64,000 bases of DNA from Eledone cirrhosa (Eukaryota). The stretch lies in NCBI GenBank assembly GCA_964016885.1, contig OZ024743.1, positions 358,298,001 through 358,362,000 on the forward strand, in the 5' to 3' direction. The first letter of the stretch is position 1; the number at the start of each line of letters is the position of its first letter. Below the pieces are notes generated by a model. The model saw only the letters and a program-made list of their open reading frames with translations. It was not told where the DNA came from and did no database searches. The position numbers and the translations under genes are program-made. This document shows, in pieces, positions 1 to 12,300 of this stretch.

Positions 1-2315
1 CACCTCCGCTCGACCTTTCAAGGAGAGTTTGCACTCAGTCCACTTCTGGGTGAGTGCAAACACCTTCGCCGTGACCTCGTTCCAGTTCTTGTCCACCTGG
101 AGGTCTGGACCAAACCAGACCCAGAGCAATTTCCCCGGTCCTTCCGTCCAGCGTCCAGCGTCCAACGACACTGAAGGAAGGCATGGGTTTGCTTCTCCAT
201 GTGCCGAGTTGCAAACCGACAGACTTGTTTGGGTTTAGTCTTTCTCCTGTAAACCTTTCGTATTCCTGTAATAGGTTGCCGATTACCCCGATTTCCGAGG
301 CTTTCGACACCATTGTGGTTATGTCGTTGGCATAGGCCGACGCTGCTTTCCGCAGTCCTTGTTCGATCGGGATCTCCTGCAACAGCTCCAACTTCCGCAG
401 TAATGGCTCGAGAGTCAGTACATACAGAATGGAGGAGAGAGGGCACCCCTGACGGATGGAACGCATGATTTGGAATGGCTCCGATAGGTAGCCATTCACC
501 TTAACTGCCGAGCAGATGCTGGTATGCATAGCAGCGATCCAGCCTCTGAAGACAGGACCGAAGCCGGCCGCCTTGAGAACCGCTTCCAAGTATTGATGGC
601 CGACCCTATCAAATGCTTTAGACTGATCTAAATTGATCAGAGCCCCACCGAAGCCAGGTTTACACCCTACCCTCTCTATGATGTATCGCATGAGGTGGAG
701 GTTGTCGTGTATGGACCTGGTCAGGATTGCACACGTTTGCGCTTCCCCTACCAGATTCTCGAGGACAAGCGCCTCACTGCTAACACCTTGGCCAAAATAT
801 TTAACTCTGTGTTGAGCAGAGTTATGGGCCTGAAATTGCTTATCTCATCCCCCTTGTTCTCATGTTTCCTTAACAGCGTAACTACGCCTCTGCCTACAGA
901 ACTGGGAATTCTCTCGTTCTGCTGCCAGTTGCAGTAGACCGCTTCGAGGACGCCAGAAAACAAGTCTGGCATAACTATGTAAAACTCATAGGGTGATTTG
1001 CGTTTCCCACAGCTGTCCGCATCCGTGTTCGAAAGACGTGGTACGCCGTCGAGGTAGGAGCTGAAGCCCATCACCTCCCTTGACGTACCGCTTTGCCCAA
1101 ACAGTTGTGCAAAATGCTGCTGGAAGGCCGTGCACATCTGCTTGGATTCAAGTAGAATGCGTCCATCTTTGTCTTGCAAGGACCGAATTGTGGATTTGTT
1201 GCCACTTTTCACCTCTGCCACTCGGGCCCAGCTAACAGATTTGGCTCCCTCGTTTCTTAGAGCACGTGTTTTACTTCTGACAATACAACCTTCGTGTTTC
1301 ACGTTGAAGAACTGGTCTAGTGCCGTTCTCGCCGCTAGCACGTCAGCTGTACTGCCATTCCTAAGGGCCTCTTCTACTTTAGCTACCAGTTCCTTTTCGG
1401 TTTTGTGTTTTTCTAAAGCTACTTCCTTGCTAAATGCTATCGATTCTATTCTAATTGCTCACTTGAGAGATCTCCACCACCTGTTGTTGACGATCGCCCC
1501 CGTCAACTGGCATTTAACTAAGGTGCTAATCCGTTTACTGTAGGCCTTACGCGCCGGAAGCGACATGTTTAGCTTCCAGTATCCGGGTCCCTTCTGTGTG
1601 TTCTATCAAGGTTGACTACGCAGGTGACTAATTTGTGGTCTGAATAGGCAACCATGTGCATTTGTGGACAGCTTAATGTTTCCTTATCTTTCTGTCTAAT
1701 TAAAAATCTATCTAAATACGATCTAGAAGACCCAGTGCGGTTGCTCAACGTCCACAGTGGTACACTTGGGAAGTCTAGTCGATATCTATCAGCCAGTTGG
1801 AATTGGCTGACGAGGTTTTTGAGGCTATTACATCCACCTCTATTATCACAAGCTCCTACATAATCCCAACGTGCATCTAAGATGCCATTCCAGTCCCCCG
1901 CTAACACTAAGGAGCGAGACGTTCCCAGGAATGGCTCCAGGCGCTTGAAGAACTCTGGTCGCGATGTCCCAGTCGGGGCATATACGGCCACCAGTCTGAA
2001 AGTTCCACCTTCACTACCATTCACGTCCAGGACCACCAAGCTGCTCTCCGGGTCCAAGTGAATCGTTTGTGCTTTGAGATCCAAGTTTTTTCGAAACAGA
2101 ACAGCAACTCCCCCTCCACCTCCTGGCTGACAGAGAGATGCGTAGATCTCAAAGTCATCGAAAGTGGGGGTTAACTGCTGCCTATCGTGAATCCTGGACT
2201 CGGTGATGGCTATCACATCTATACAATGTGACCTGAGATCCTTTAAAAGCTCTCCCTGTTTCCAGGGCATGCTCAGGCCACGTACATTCAAACATCCAAC
2301 TTGTATAGTCGCCAT
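1..2315 (-). pseudogene. T1 ORF2 (APE endonuclease + reverse transcriptase), frameshifted and internally deleted
   Basis: ORFs 1569-2315, 748-1341 and 35-691 are collinear with the intact ORF2 at 21686-25105; YADD has become YAND. Confidence 0.9.
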
Positions 2316-2355
2316 GTTGGTGAAGAAGAGTCATGGAGAGAAAAGGCAGAAACAC

Positions 2356-4241
2356 TTACCTTTTCGTTTCCTGGAGGTCGGGTTGTTCGATCTCCATGTC
2401 CAGATTGGGGGTGTTTGGGGGAGGGATGGAATTTTTTTAGCAGGACACGGTTAAGGGTTTTTTGGTAAGGGGGAGGGGGCACATCATGTGGGAAGGTCCC
2501 TTTCAATGTTTTATGTTGTAGGGTTGTTACCCTGATCAGTTTGAGGTTTGGGGGTGGGTCGTTGGTGGGGAAGGTTTTCCCTTCCGTTTGGATAGTAGGG
2601 TCCTTTCGGACAGTGTCTACCAATTCTTTGTTGTTTTTATGTATTGTGTAATGTGTTTTGTTTTTTATGTGTGCTGTTTCTGTTTTTAGTTTTCTTTTTG
2701 TGGTTGGGGTTTGTGATTGTGGTGGTGTGGGTGTTTGTTTTGTTGGTAAAGTGTTTGGATGTGTTGGTAGTGATTGTGTTGTTGGTGTGTTTGTCGTTTG
2801 TGGCGGTGTGTTTATGGTGGGGTGGGGGGGGGGCGTGTTTTCTGTAAATGTTTTTGTATTTGTGTGTTTTTTGTCTCTTTTTTTGTTTCTTGTATTTTTG
2901 GGGTTCCTCTTCATTCTCACTTGGAAATGTAGAGGTTCCCGTGTCTGAGACTTCTGAATCAGGGGTAGATGAGAGGGGTATGTTGTGTGGTGGAGTGTTT
3001 GTGCAGGTGTTTGTAGAAGTATTTGACAGGGAGGAGGCAATGGAGGGTTTTTCAGTGGAATTTTGTGTGTGTGGTTGTCTCTGGTCTGTGGTGGTGTGGG
3101 AGTGGATGTTGCAGGTTTTTGTGTTGTGTTTGGTTTGGGGTGTTGATATTGGGGTTTTGGTGTTGGTAATAACACCTTGTTTGTCCTCGGTTTGTTTAAG
3201 AGAGGGCAAAAGGCCTTTAAGTGTGTGGTTTTCCCACACTTATGGCACTGAGGTCTTTCCCCCTCCACTAAAATGGGGATGACATGTTCCTCAAGGACGA
3301 TCTTGTCCGGGATTTTCTCAACTCTCTCTGGCCTCATTTGTACCAGAACCTCGATGCAGTTCCAAACCAGTTATTCCAGTCTGTCCTGTCTACAGATAGG
3401 AGGGTGTCCTCATCCTTCTTCAGGATGCAGCGTAGGATCCACCATATGTTGACCTCTGCTGGGATCCTGGTTATTTTTATTTTGTATGATCTTCTTCCCA
3501 TGTATGTGGGGAAGAAGATGTGTTGATCCGTTTTTATTGAGTGAACCGAGTGTTTTTGAGCCAGAGTTTCGCTCTTAAAGAACACTGACACACTTCCATA
3601 CTGTTTACCTCTTTGGAGGTATGCCACGTCTGGCTTGATATCTTTTAGTGCAGCTTCAATAGCGCTTGTTGGGAGCGTTATGTGTTTTTGGTAATGATGT
3701 CAACTGTTCTATAGATTATTTTCTTTTTCTGTGTCATCTCTCTTACTTGTGGGGGTATGTGTATGTGTGGGGTGTCTCCCTCAAACGTCACATAGTTGGA
3801 AGCTTCTTACAAATATTGGGACTTTTGGGAAATGTCCATGGGGTAATATTTAAAATCCTGTTGCTTAGCAACGGTTGCTGCAAATGAAATGTTGTTGTTG
3901 TTGGTGGTGATGATGGTCTCATTCGTTGTGTTGCCGCTGATTCCTTTTGTTGTATTGTTGTTGTTCTCATTTATTGTGTTTTTGTTGTTATTGTTGCTTG
4001 TGGTGGTGTTAGTATTTGCTACACATTCTTCCTTCTGTGTGTGGATACATGTGACGTTTGTGACGTCAGGCGTGTTCAGTTGCTTACAAGAAACTAAAGC
4101 TTGTTCCTTTTCTAAATGTTGAGGCTCTAATGTAGGCATTCCTTTGTCCATGTCTGCTACTATCTGCTGGTCAAGTAGGCATGGCCTTCCCTTCACATCT
4201 TCTTGTATTGACAAAGAAGTAGGTGCCATTGCTTCGGCCAT
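2356..4241 (-). pseudogene. T1 ORF1 (gag-like, CCHC knuckle, Pro/Thr-rich tail), frameshifted
   Basis: ORFs 3807-4241, 3334-3627 and 2288-3337; RGKQYGSVSVFF, PTYMG and VEGERPQC align with T2 and T3 ORF1. Confidence 0.8.
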
Positions 4242-4457
4242 TTTTTTTAAATTGAAGTGTTTTGCAAAAATATTTTCGAAAATATGTTGGATGTTTTTGC
4301 CCTGAGGGGCACGATATTTTGGGAGACTGATCAGATCAAAATTTGACCTGTCAGTCCCTCTACAAATTGGTATAAAAATAAAAGTTCACAATGACGAATT
4401 TCTAAAGAAATTTAAACAAAACTTACCGAGCAAGTTTAACACATGTGTCCATCCCAG

Positions 4458-4565
<108 letters not shown>

Positions 4566-5029
4566 TTTCATGGAATCCATTGTGATCGGGATGGAGATGG
4601 CCATCTGCAAGAACGAGGCCCGCAAACTGGACAAGTTTTTTCAGCACATTTCTTTTATCAATTACCGGGGGAGCGCATTCACCATTCTGTACCACCGGAA
4701 CCATGAAACAACAACAATAAAATAGAAAGCATTAAATTATCATCATCATTTAATAGGGACGACATATACATTAATAGATTATCGTGTAAAGCCCTAAGGA
4801 AAATATTATCATGCTAAGCCCTAAGGGAGTTTTTTTTTCCTGTTTGAGGAACCCGCTACACGTCAAGGAAACTGCAGTGTAACAAGCTACAGTATCAGCG
4901 TCAATAAATTTGTAAAATCTACTGTGGTATTGAGCACTCATATCCGCCAATATAAATGGACATGTGTGTGAGCGTGTGTGTTGCTATGATGGGTTTACAT
5001 ATAATGTATTTGTGTGGGGGGGAGGGGAC

Positions 5030-5273
5030 GTGCGTGTGTGTGTGTGTGTGTATGTGTCTGTGTTTATTTATGTGTAAATGTTAACTGAAACATTACCTTT
5101 TGTGGTATTCATTTTGACATTTTCTTCATCCAATTACTTCCTCTATAAATCTTTCTCACAATGTATACATGTTTATGTGTGTGTATTATTTCGTGTATGC
5201 GTTTGTATGTATGCAAGTTATTGTGTATATATGTATGTGTGTGTATGTGTATGTGTCTGCGTGCGTATGTGTG

Positions 5274-5305
<32 letters not shown>

Positions 5306-5443
5306 TGTATGTATGTATGTATGCATGTATGTATGTATGCATGCATGCAAGTGTATACTTTTCTCGTTGTATATCTATATCATTCTTCTCTCCTTTGTGT
5401 TTCTCGCTTTCCGTCTCCATTCTCCCTCCTTTCCGATCTTTCT

Positions 5444-5508
<65 letters not shown>

Positions 5509-5572
5509 TCACTCTCTCTCTATCTATCTATCTATCTATCTCTTTCTTTCTCTTTGTATATCATATGTGCGC

Positions 5573-5609
<37 letters not shown>

Positions 5610-5708
5610 ATAGGTTGGGTCAGTTTGGGTTCTTTCTCATTTTCTTTCCTTCCTCTCCATCCTCGTCTAACGCTTCAACTCTCTCTCCCTCTCTCTCTCT
5701 CTCTCTCA

Positions 5709-5792
<84 letters not shown>

Positions 5793-5915
5793 ACGTGGGA
5801 GAACAAGCAAAGACAAATGCCGAAATAAATAGGTATATGGATATATAGACAGATAGATAGAGAGATAGATAGACAGATGTCTATCTATCTATCTATCTAT
5901 CTATCTCTCTATCTA
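5030..5915. repeat. Compound microsatellite field (TG, TATG, TC, TATC, TA)
   Basis: Direct inspection; explains the spurious VCVC/SLSL ORFs. Confidence 0.95.
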
Positions 5916-6134
5916 TTCATTTGGGTCTTTATTTTTGCTTGTTCTCAGACGCTATCCTCCTTATTTACTCATTCTTTCACTCACACTATCACCCCACCCC
6001 TCCTTTACATCTAGTCACTCACTCCTCACCGTTTGCCTCCTACCACCAGCATTCAGCTAACAGTGAAGCCATATATCAAACATTTATCTCTGTACCTCAC
6101 GCCCCCCCTCACCCCCTCCTCCGCATCATAAGCT

Positions 6135-6400
6135 TTGACGGCAGCGGCAGTGATGATGGTGGTGGTGGTGGTTTGTGATGGCGGTGGTGGTACTGGCGGT
6201 GGAGGACATGATGATGGCGATGATGATGGTGGCGGCGGCAGCGGCGACGGCGGCAGCGGTGTTGGTAGTAGCGGTGGCGGTGACGGTGTGGAGACGATGG
6301 TGGTGGTGGAGATGATGGTGCCGGCGGCGGTGGTGGTGGCAATGGCGGCGATGGTGGCGATGGCGGCCATAGTGGTAGCGGCGGCGGCGATGGTGGAGAT
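6135..6400. repeat. Degenerate (GGT/GGC/GAT)n low-complexity tract
   Basis: Direct inspection. Confidence 0.85.
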
Positions 6401-6519
6401 CCGAATTTGGTATGTATGCTGAAGAGAGGTGGTTTTTCGACGCGTTGAACCTGTTCATATTGTAAGTGAGATGAAAGAGGAACTCCATTGTAGCATGACA
6501 AGCTGATGTTCTGCTGGAC

Positions 6520-6662
6520 TTAAGTTGCAACTGAAGCACTGTTTTCACCAATCTCAGAAGGCCTTGTGGCTTTTTGATCAGCACATTTTGTCGAATCTGA
6601 CCATTCGAGCGGGTCAAGCGGGTTGATAGGGCAACAGTCAAAGTAAGAGCTCAAGCGCTTAC
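6520..6662 (-). CDS. Possible terminal coding exon of an unidentified host gene
   Basis: Minus strand ttattaaccgtctgtcctcaaattgcAG then a frame (G)KRLSSYFDCCPINPLDPLEWSDSTKCADQKATRPSEIGENSASVAT*; non-repetitive sequence, no family recognised. Confidence 0.3.
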
Positions 6663-6964
6663 CTGCAATTTGAGGACAGACGGTTAATAAATGCGTCTAT
6701 ACGAATAAATGAATACAATAGGCAACGTCAAACACTCTGTTACACCCACCATCAAAAAGTTTCACACCACGACACCCAGTACCGCCATCATTTTTTTAGT
6801 TCATCTACCTTCAGTTGTTGTAATTTCTGCTTATTTCTCGTCCAGCATTGATTATAAAGAAACCATTATTAGTTGTTTTATTGCTTAAATAAACACGAAA
6901 ATAATATTGCTAAGCTACAATTAATGGAAACTACAGTGGAATAGAACTAGTGCTTAGTAACTTA

Positions 6965-7670
6965 ATATTCTTTCATTTTCTTTCTCTTCTTCTTTCCCCT
7001 TCTATCTCTCATTCTCTCTCCTCTCCCACTCATTCACTCCTCTCTCTCCTTCTCTCTTTCCTTCTATCTCCTCTCTCTCCTTCTCTCTCTTAATATTCTT
7101 TCATTTTCTCTCTCTTCTCTCCTCTTCTCCCTCTCATTTTCCCTCCTTCTCTCCCCTTCTCCCTTTCCTTCTCTCTTTTCTTCTGTCTCTTTCTCTCTCT
7201 CTCTCCTTCTCTGTCTCATTCTCCCTCCTTCTCTCTCTCCTCTCTCTCTTTCTCTCTCCTTCTCTCTCCTTTTCTCTCTCCTTCTCTCTTTCCTTCTCTC
7301 TCTCCTTTTCTCTCATTTTCTCTCCTTCGCTCTCCTTCGCTCTCCTTCTCTCTCCTTCTCTCTCCTTTTCTCTTTCCTTCTCTCTCCTTTTCTCTCTCCT
7401 TCTCTCTTTCCTTCACTCTCTCCTTTTCATTCCTTCTCTCTCCCCTTCTCTCTCTCTCTCTCTTTCTCTCTATCCTCTCTCTCATTTTCTTTCCTTCTCT
7501 CTCTAACGTTCTCGCTTTCCTTCTCCCTCGCCGTCTCTTTGTTTCCTTCTCTCTCTCCTTCTCTCACCTCTCTCCTATCTCTCGCCTTCTCTCTCCCTCT
7601 CTTTCTCTCTATCTCTCCCTCTCCCTCTCTCTCTCCCTCTCTCTTTCTTTCTCCACCCTCTCTTTTACTC
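6965..7670. repeat. Polypyrimidine (CT-rich) degenerate repeat
   Basis: About 700 bp of almost exclusively C/T. Confidence 0.92.
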
Positions 7671-8070
7671 ACCCCTTGCATTTTGTTACAATCTGCGTGG
7701 TTATTAATGTCAAGTTGTTTTCACTTAATTGTAACTCTTCAAATCTAAAGAACGCCACTCTGTTCTAGCAACGTAATTAACGTACAGAGAAATAGTGTAA
7801 GCCACAAAAATTAATCGACTGGGAATGGTCAGCACCTACGTGGATTGGATTAGGTTCAATTTGATTCATAGCAACACAGCATAAAACTCTTTTGTATTTA
7901 TATACAAAATCTGCATATAGAAAGAAGTTTTTCTGACAATGTATGATTGAATATGCGTGACAGAGAGAGATGGGTGAAACAGAGAGTTGAGAGGTGACTC
8001 AAAGAAAGGTAATGATATGAGGAAATATATGTATATTATGTATGAGAGAGAATGAAAGAGCGATATGTAT

Positions 8071-8101
<31 letters not shown>

Positions 8102-8217
8102 GTTAACACATTGGCCATAGTAGCCAGAGATGTGGGTTCGTGTCCTAAGTACGTCAATGATCATTCATTTTTCCATTCTGTGGGTTTTTATATCTCCAAT
8201 TATTAGGCTAAATTATT

Positions 8218-8265
<48 letters not shown>

Positions 8266-8268
<3 letters not shown>

Positions 8269-8401
8269 TGTTTCTACTTTTGGCACAAGGCCAGCAATTA
8301 CCCAGTACATTACTGGTACTTTATTTTATCGACCCCGTAAGGATGAAAGGCAAAGTTAACCTCGGCGGGATTTGAACTCAGACCGCAAAGGGACGTAACT
8401 T
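8266..8401 (-). mobile_element. Nin/Deu-domain SINE, 5'-truncated, with long (TTA)n tail at 8220-8268
   Basis: Reverse complement contains B box GAGTTCAAATCC and core gcctttcatccttacggggtcgataaaataaagtaccag, shared with the copies at 31.7, 43-46 and 49 kb. Confidence 0.85.
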
Positions 8402-8429
8402 ATAATAAATAATAATAATAATAATAATT

Positions 8430-9360
8430 GATAGTAAGGAGCCAATGCTCAGAACTGTACTGAAGGAGAGGACAATAGACCAGGGGATGTCCAAGGAGGA
8501 AATAACAACAAGGAGAAAGAGCAGCCTTCATAAAAAATCCCTTCATAGTACCTTCTTTGAGATAACTGAATTCAGAGATCCAGAGACATGGAACTGGTTG
8601 AAAAGAGAAGACCTTAAAAAGGCTACAGAAGGAATGTTAATGGCTGCGCAAGAGCAGGCCCTCAAAACGAAGTGGTTGAAACACCATATTTACAAGGAGG
8701 AGGCTAGCCCACTGTGCAGAATCTGTGGAGAGAGAAGACTGTGGCTCACATTGTATCCTAGTGTAAACACCTAGCCCAGACTCACTATAAGGGCTGGAGA
8801 CATGATGTGATGGGCAGGGTGATCCACTGGCACCTATGCAAAGTAAACAATTTACCACATTCTGAGAAGTGGTATGAGCATAAGCCAGAGTCGGTGATAG
8901 AAAACGATCAGGTGAAGGTGCTGTGGGATTTTAGGATACAGACGGACAAGAAACTGGAACACAATAGACCTGACCTGGTGGTTGTGGACAAAGAAAAAAG
9001 ATCGTGCCTGATTGTGGATGTGGCCTGCCCATTCGACACGAGAGTGCAAGAGAAGGAGAGGGAGAAAATTAACCGATACCAGGAATTAAAGTGCGAGGTA
9101 AAAAGGATTTGGAACTGTCATGAAGTCAAAGTGGTCCCGATTGTCATAGGCGCACTAGGTACTATCTCAAGGAGTTTCCAAGGATGGTTAAAGAAGATTA
9201 GTCCAGCCCCGCTTTTTGGAACACTTCAAAAGGCATGCTTGCTGGGAACAGCAAGAACCCTCCGATAAGTCCTGAATATCTGAGGCTGCAGGTAGTGGCT
9301 TGATATTCATTTCAACAAACTTTCCAGTTAAATAACATCAATGACTGAGACTCAAAGAAC
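8430..9360 (+). mobile_element. R4/Dong-clade non-LTR retrotransposon, 5'-truncated copy D1
   Basis: AAQEQAL, CRICG..HI...C, RHD, NRPDL..VD, DVACPFD (restriction-like endonuclease); frameshift near 8735; (TAA)n on both sides. Confidence 0.9.
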
Positions 9361-9369
9361 AATAATAAT

Positions 9370-12300
9370 GCTTTCTTTATTAACCACAAGGGTTTACATA
9401 AAGTAGACATTAAGGACAGTACAGGACAATACAGGACGGTACAAATGGGCATTTCTGCGTGTAAAAAAAACAGAGGATGTAATAAAAAATAACAATGAAA
9501 AATTCCCCAATGTGGGGGAGACTTCCGAGGGACATTTGTGGAGAAAGCCCATTAAAAGGCCACAGTGACCCTGACCACCAGGGCAAGTGCCCTCTCCCAG
9601 TTTTCCAACTTTAATTTACAGACACATACTCAGAGTAGGCCCATTCACTCGGGCCATACTTGCTTCTCTCACCCATCTTTCAACAAAATGCTGGGAAGAG
9701 AGCACTTCCCTCTCTACTCTGATTTTCCTTTTCAAATGAAATTTGAAAAAGTTAATCAGAGCATCACCGAAGACGTAAGTGCTCGTCTTCAGCCCTTTCA
9801 AACGTGTCCACCATACTATCTCTTTCGCCATGGCCACCAGACAGATACAAACTGACTGGCCTTCCCGGCTAAAGGAAGAGGGCGGGGCAATCCTCACGAT
9901 GGACTCAGCTGATAGCTGGATCCGTCCTACACGTGACAGCAGGTGTTCGACATAAACTCACAAGTCAGCAATGCTCGGACACTGGACGAGTGCGTGCAGG
10001 ACGGTTTCGTCGCCCTGCGCGCATCTCGGACATGCCCGGCTGACGGCACCTCCATGCCTGTAGAGTTTATCCCGAACTTGCAAAGCTCCTCGGTAGCACT
10101 GCCAGGCCAGGGATTTCTGGAAGTTGTCCAGAGGCCCCGGCCCGAAAGTTTTTCTGAAGAGATTGGCTAGTTGATTTTCGTCGACGCCTAGAGTTTCTCC
10201 AAGTACGTCGTCGCTCTTCCCCTCCACTAATCCTCTATAGAACGCCAAGTTGGAGTTTCCACCGATCACATTGCCCGATTAGTCGAGGGCTGTGAGCGCC
10301 TGAAGACATTCCAGTCTCCAAGCGCTCCCTCTCGGTCTTCGCTTGACCCAGGACTGCAGCTTCGTCAAGGAGACGAGCTGGGGAAAGACGTGTCTAGCAA
10401 ACGGCGACCACACCTGATCACCGTCGAGGAAGAGGTGGAGATGTCGTAGCCTGAGCGCGTGTCGTCTGCGCATCATCGGCCACGGCATGCCCAGCCCTCC
10501 ACGTAGTGGGTGTTGACAGCAGATGGACCGCCTGACCATCGGAGCGCGTCCCTTCCACAAAAAGCGAAAGAGCAAACGCTCCAGCGCAGTCAGGCGGGGC
10601 TTAGGACAAGGTACGACGGTCAGGCGGTAGTAGATGACGGACGCGATGTACGCGTTAGCCACCTCCGCTCAACCTTTCAGGGATAGCTTCCTCTCCGCCC
10701 ATTTCTGGGTGAGAGAAGCCACCCTGCTCGTCACCTCGTCCCAGTTTTTGTCCGTCTGGAGGTCCGGACCGAACCTGACCCCTAGCAATTTAACCGGGCC
10801 GTCCGTCCAGCGCCCGACGACGCTGTTGGACGGCATGCACCTGCCTCTCCAGGTGCCGCGCTGCAGGCCCACTAACTTTTCCTGGTTGATCATTGCTCCT
10901 GTCACCGCTTCGTATTCTCTTAGTGTAGTGCCGATCGCCTCGATGTGTTTGGCGTTCGACACCACTACGGTAACATCGTCCGCATATGCTGACACGGATC
11001 TTCCGCATCCTAGTTCGCGTGGGACCCCCCTCAACGTCTCCAGTTTGTGCAGTAATGGCTCGAGAGTCAATACGTACAAGAGGGACGAGAGGGGACATCC
11101 TTGGCGGACCGAGCGCATGATGTTGAACGGTTCCGAAAGGTGAACGTTCACTCTCACCACAGAGCAGATGTCGCTGTGCATGGCAGCGATCCAGCCTCTG
11201 AAGACGGGCCCAAAGCCAGCCGCCCTCAGGACTGCCGCGAGGTAACGATGGTCGACCCTATCGAAAGCTTTCGACTGATCTAAATTGATCAAGGACCCAC
11301 CCGTGCCAGGTTCCCTAGCTACCCTCTCTACGATGTATCGTATGAGATGGTGATTGTCGTGGATGGATCTGTCGGGAATGGCGCAGGTCGCTGAAAAGTT
11401 TCACACATTTGCCCGGGATCGAGTAGCATGCGCCCGTCGTGGTCAACCAAAGACCGGATCGTCGCTTTGTTGCCACGACGCGCCTCCGCCACTCGGGCCC
11501 ATTGAACGGCTTTCGTCCCCTCGTGTCTGAGAGCACGCACCCTAGCTCTGACAACGCAGCCTTCGTGCTTTGCATTGAAGAATTGGTCAAGGGCCATTTT
11601 CGCCGCAAGTACGTCGGTCGCGATGCCTTTGCTAAGCGCCTCGTCTAATTTTCTAACTAGTTCTCCCTCTGCTCTATTTTTCTCTATTGCTAAAGCCTTA
11701 CTAAACCTAATGGACTCTATTCTAATCGCTCTTTTCAGAGCAAACTACCACTTGTTGTTGACGATGGCCCTCGTCAACGCCCGCTTAACTAGTTCGCTAA
11801 TCCGGTCTCTGTAGGCCTTGCGCGCTGGTAAGGACGCGTTTAGCTTCCAGTAGCCGGGTCCTCGTCTATGAAGCCTATCTAAGTCAAGCACACAGATCAC
11901 GAATTTGTGGTCCGTGTAGCTGACTATCTTGAATTGTGGACAGCCTATGCTAGACCTATCTATTTCCCTACAAAATACTTTATCTAGATATGATCTGGAT
12001 GACCCTAAGCGATTTGTCCAAGTCCACATTGGCACATTCGGGAAATCCAATCGGTACCTGTCAGACAGTTCAAAACGCCTGAGCAGGTTGGTGAGGCTCT
12101 TGCACCCTCCTCCCCTATCCGCTAATCCCACACAGTCCCAGCGTGCATCTAAGATCCCGTTCCAGTCGCCCACTAACACTAAAGAGCGGGACGTTCCAAG
12201 AAAGGTCTCCAGACGCCGGAAGAAATCAGGCCGCCCTGCTCCTCTCGGGGCATAGACGGCCACTAGCCTGAAAGCTTGCCCGTCTCCGCTGGTCACGTCC

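Larger units (their letters stand above)
1..4457 (-). mobile_element. L1/Tx1-clade non-LTR retrotransposon, copy T1 (5'-complete, decayed; 3' end outside window)
   Basis: ORF1 pieces with zinc knuckle (CHKCGKTTHLKAFC), then APE endonuclease (LNVRGL, GDWN, YLDRF, SDHK) and RT motifs (RPITLLN, LDQSKAFDRV, QGCPLS). About 215-nt 5' UTR ends at (GATA)n. Confidence 0.9.

Noticed and set aside
4321-4360. 5' UTR hairpins in T1 and T3 (27311-27341) as possible HDV-like ribozymes
   Set aside because: Simple stems only; no nested double pseudoknot could be built, and T2 has no clear equivalent.
4566-4725. Short + frame MESIVIGMEMAICKNEARKLDKFFQHISFINYRGSAFTILYHRNH after the GATA run
   Set aside because: About 50 codons, no recognisable motif or splice context; cannot be supported.
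5078-5848. Long ORFs such as VCVC, SLSL, IYIY (also 33.6-35.6, 38, 58.8-60.9 kb)
   Set aside because: Stop-free translations of microsatellites.
8097-8160. tRNA-like sequence (tggttaa...gggttcg); likewise SINE heads at 43043 and 44490
   Set aside because: No convincing acceptor stem or cloverleaf; more likely SINE heads than tRNA genes.
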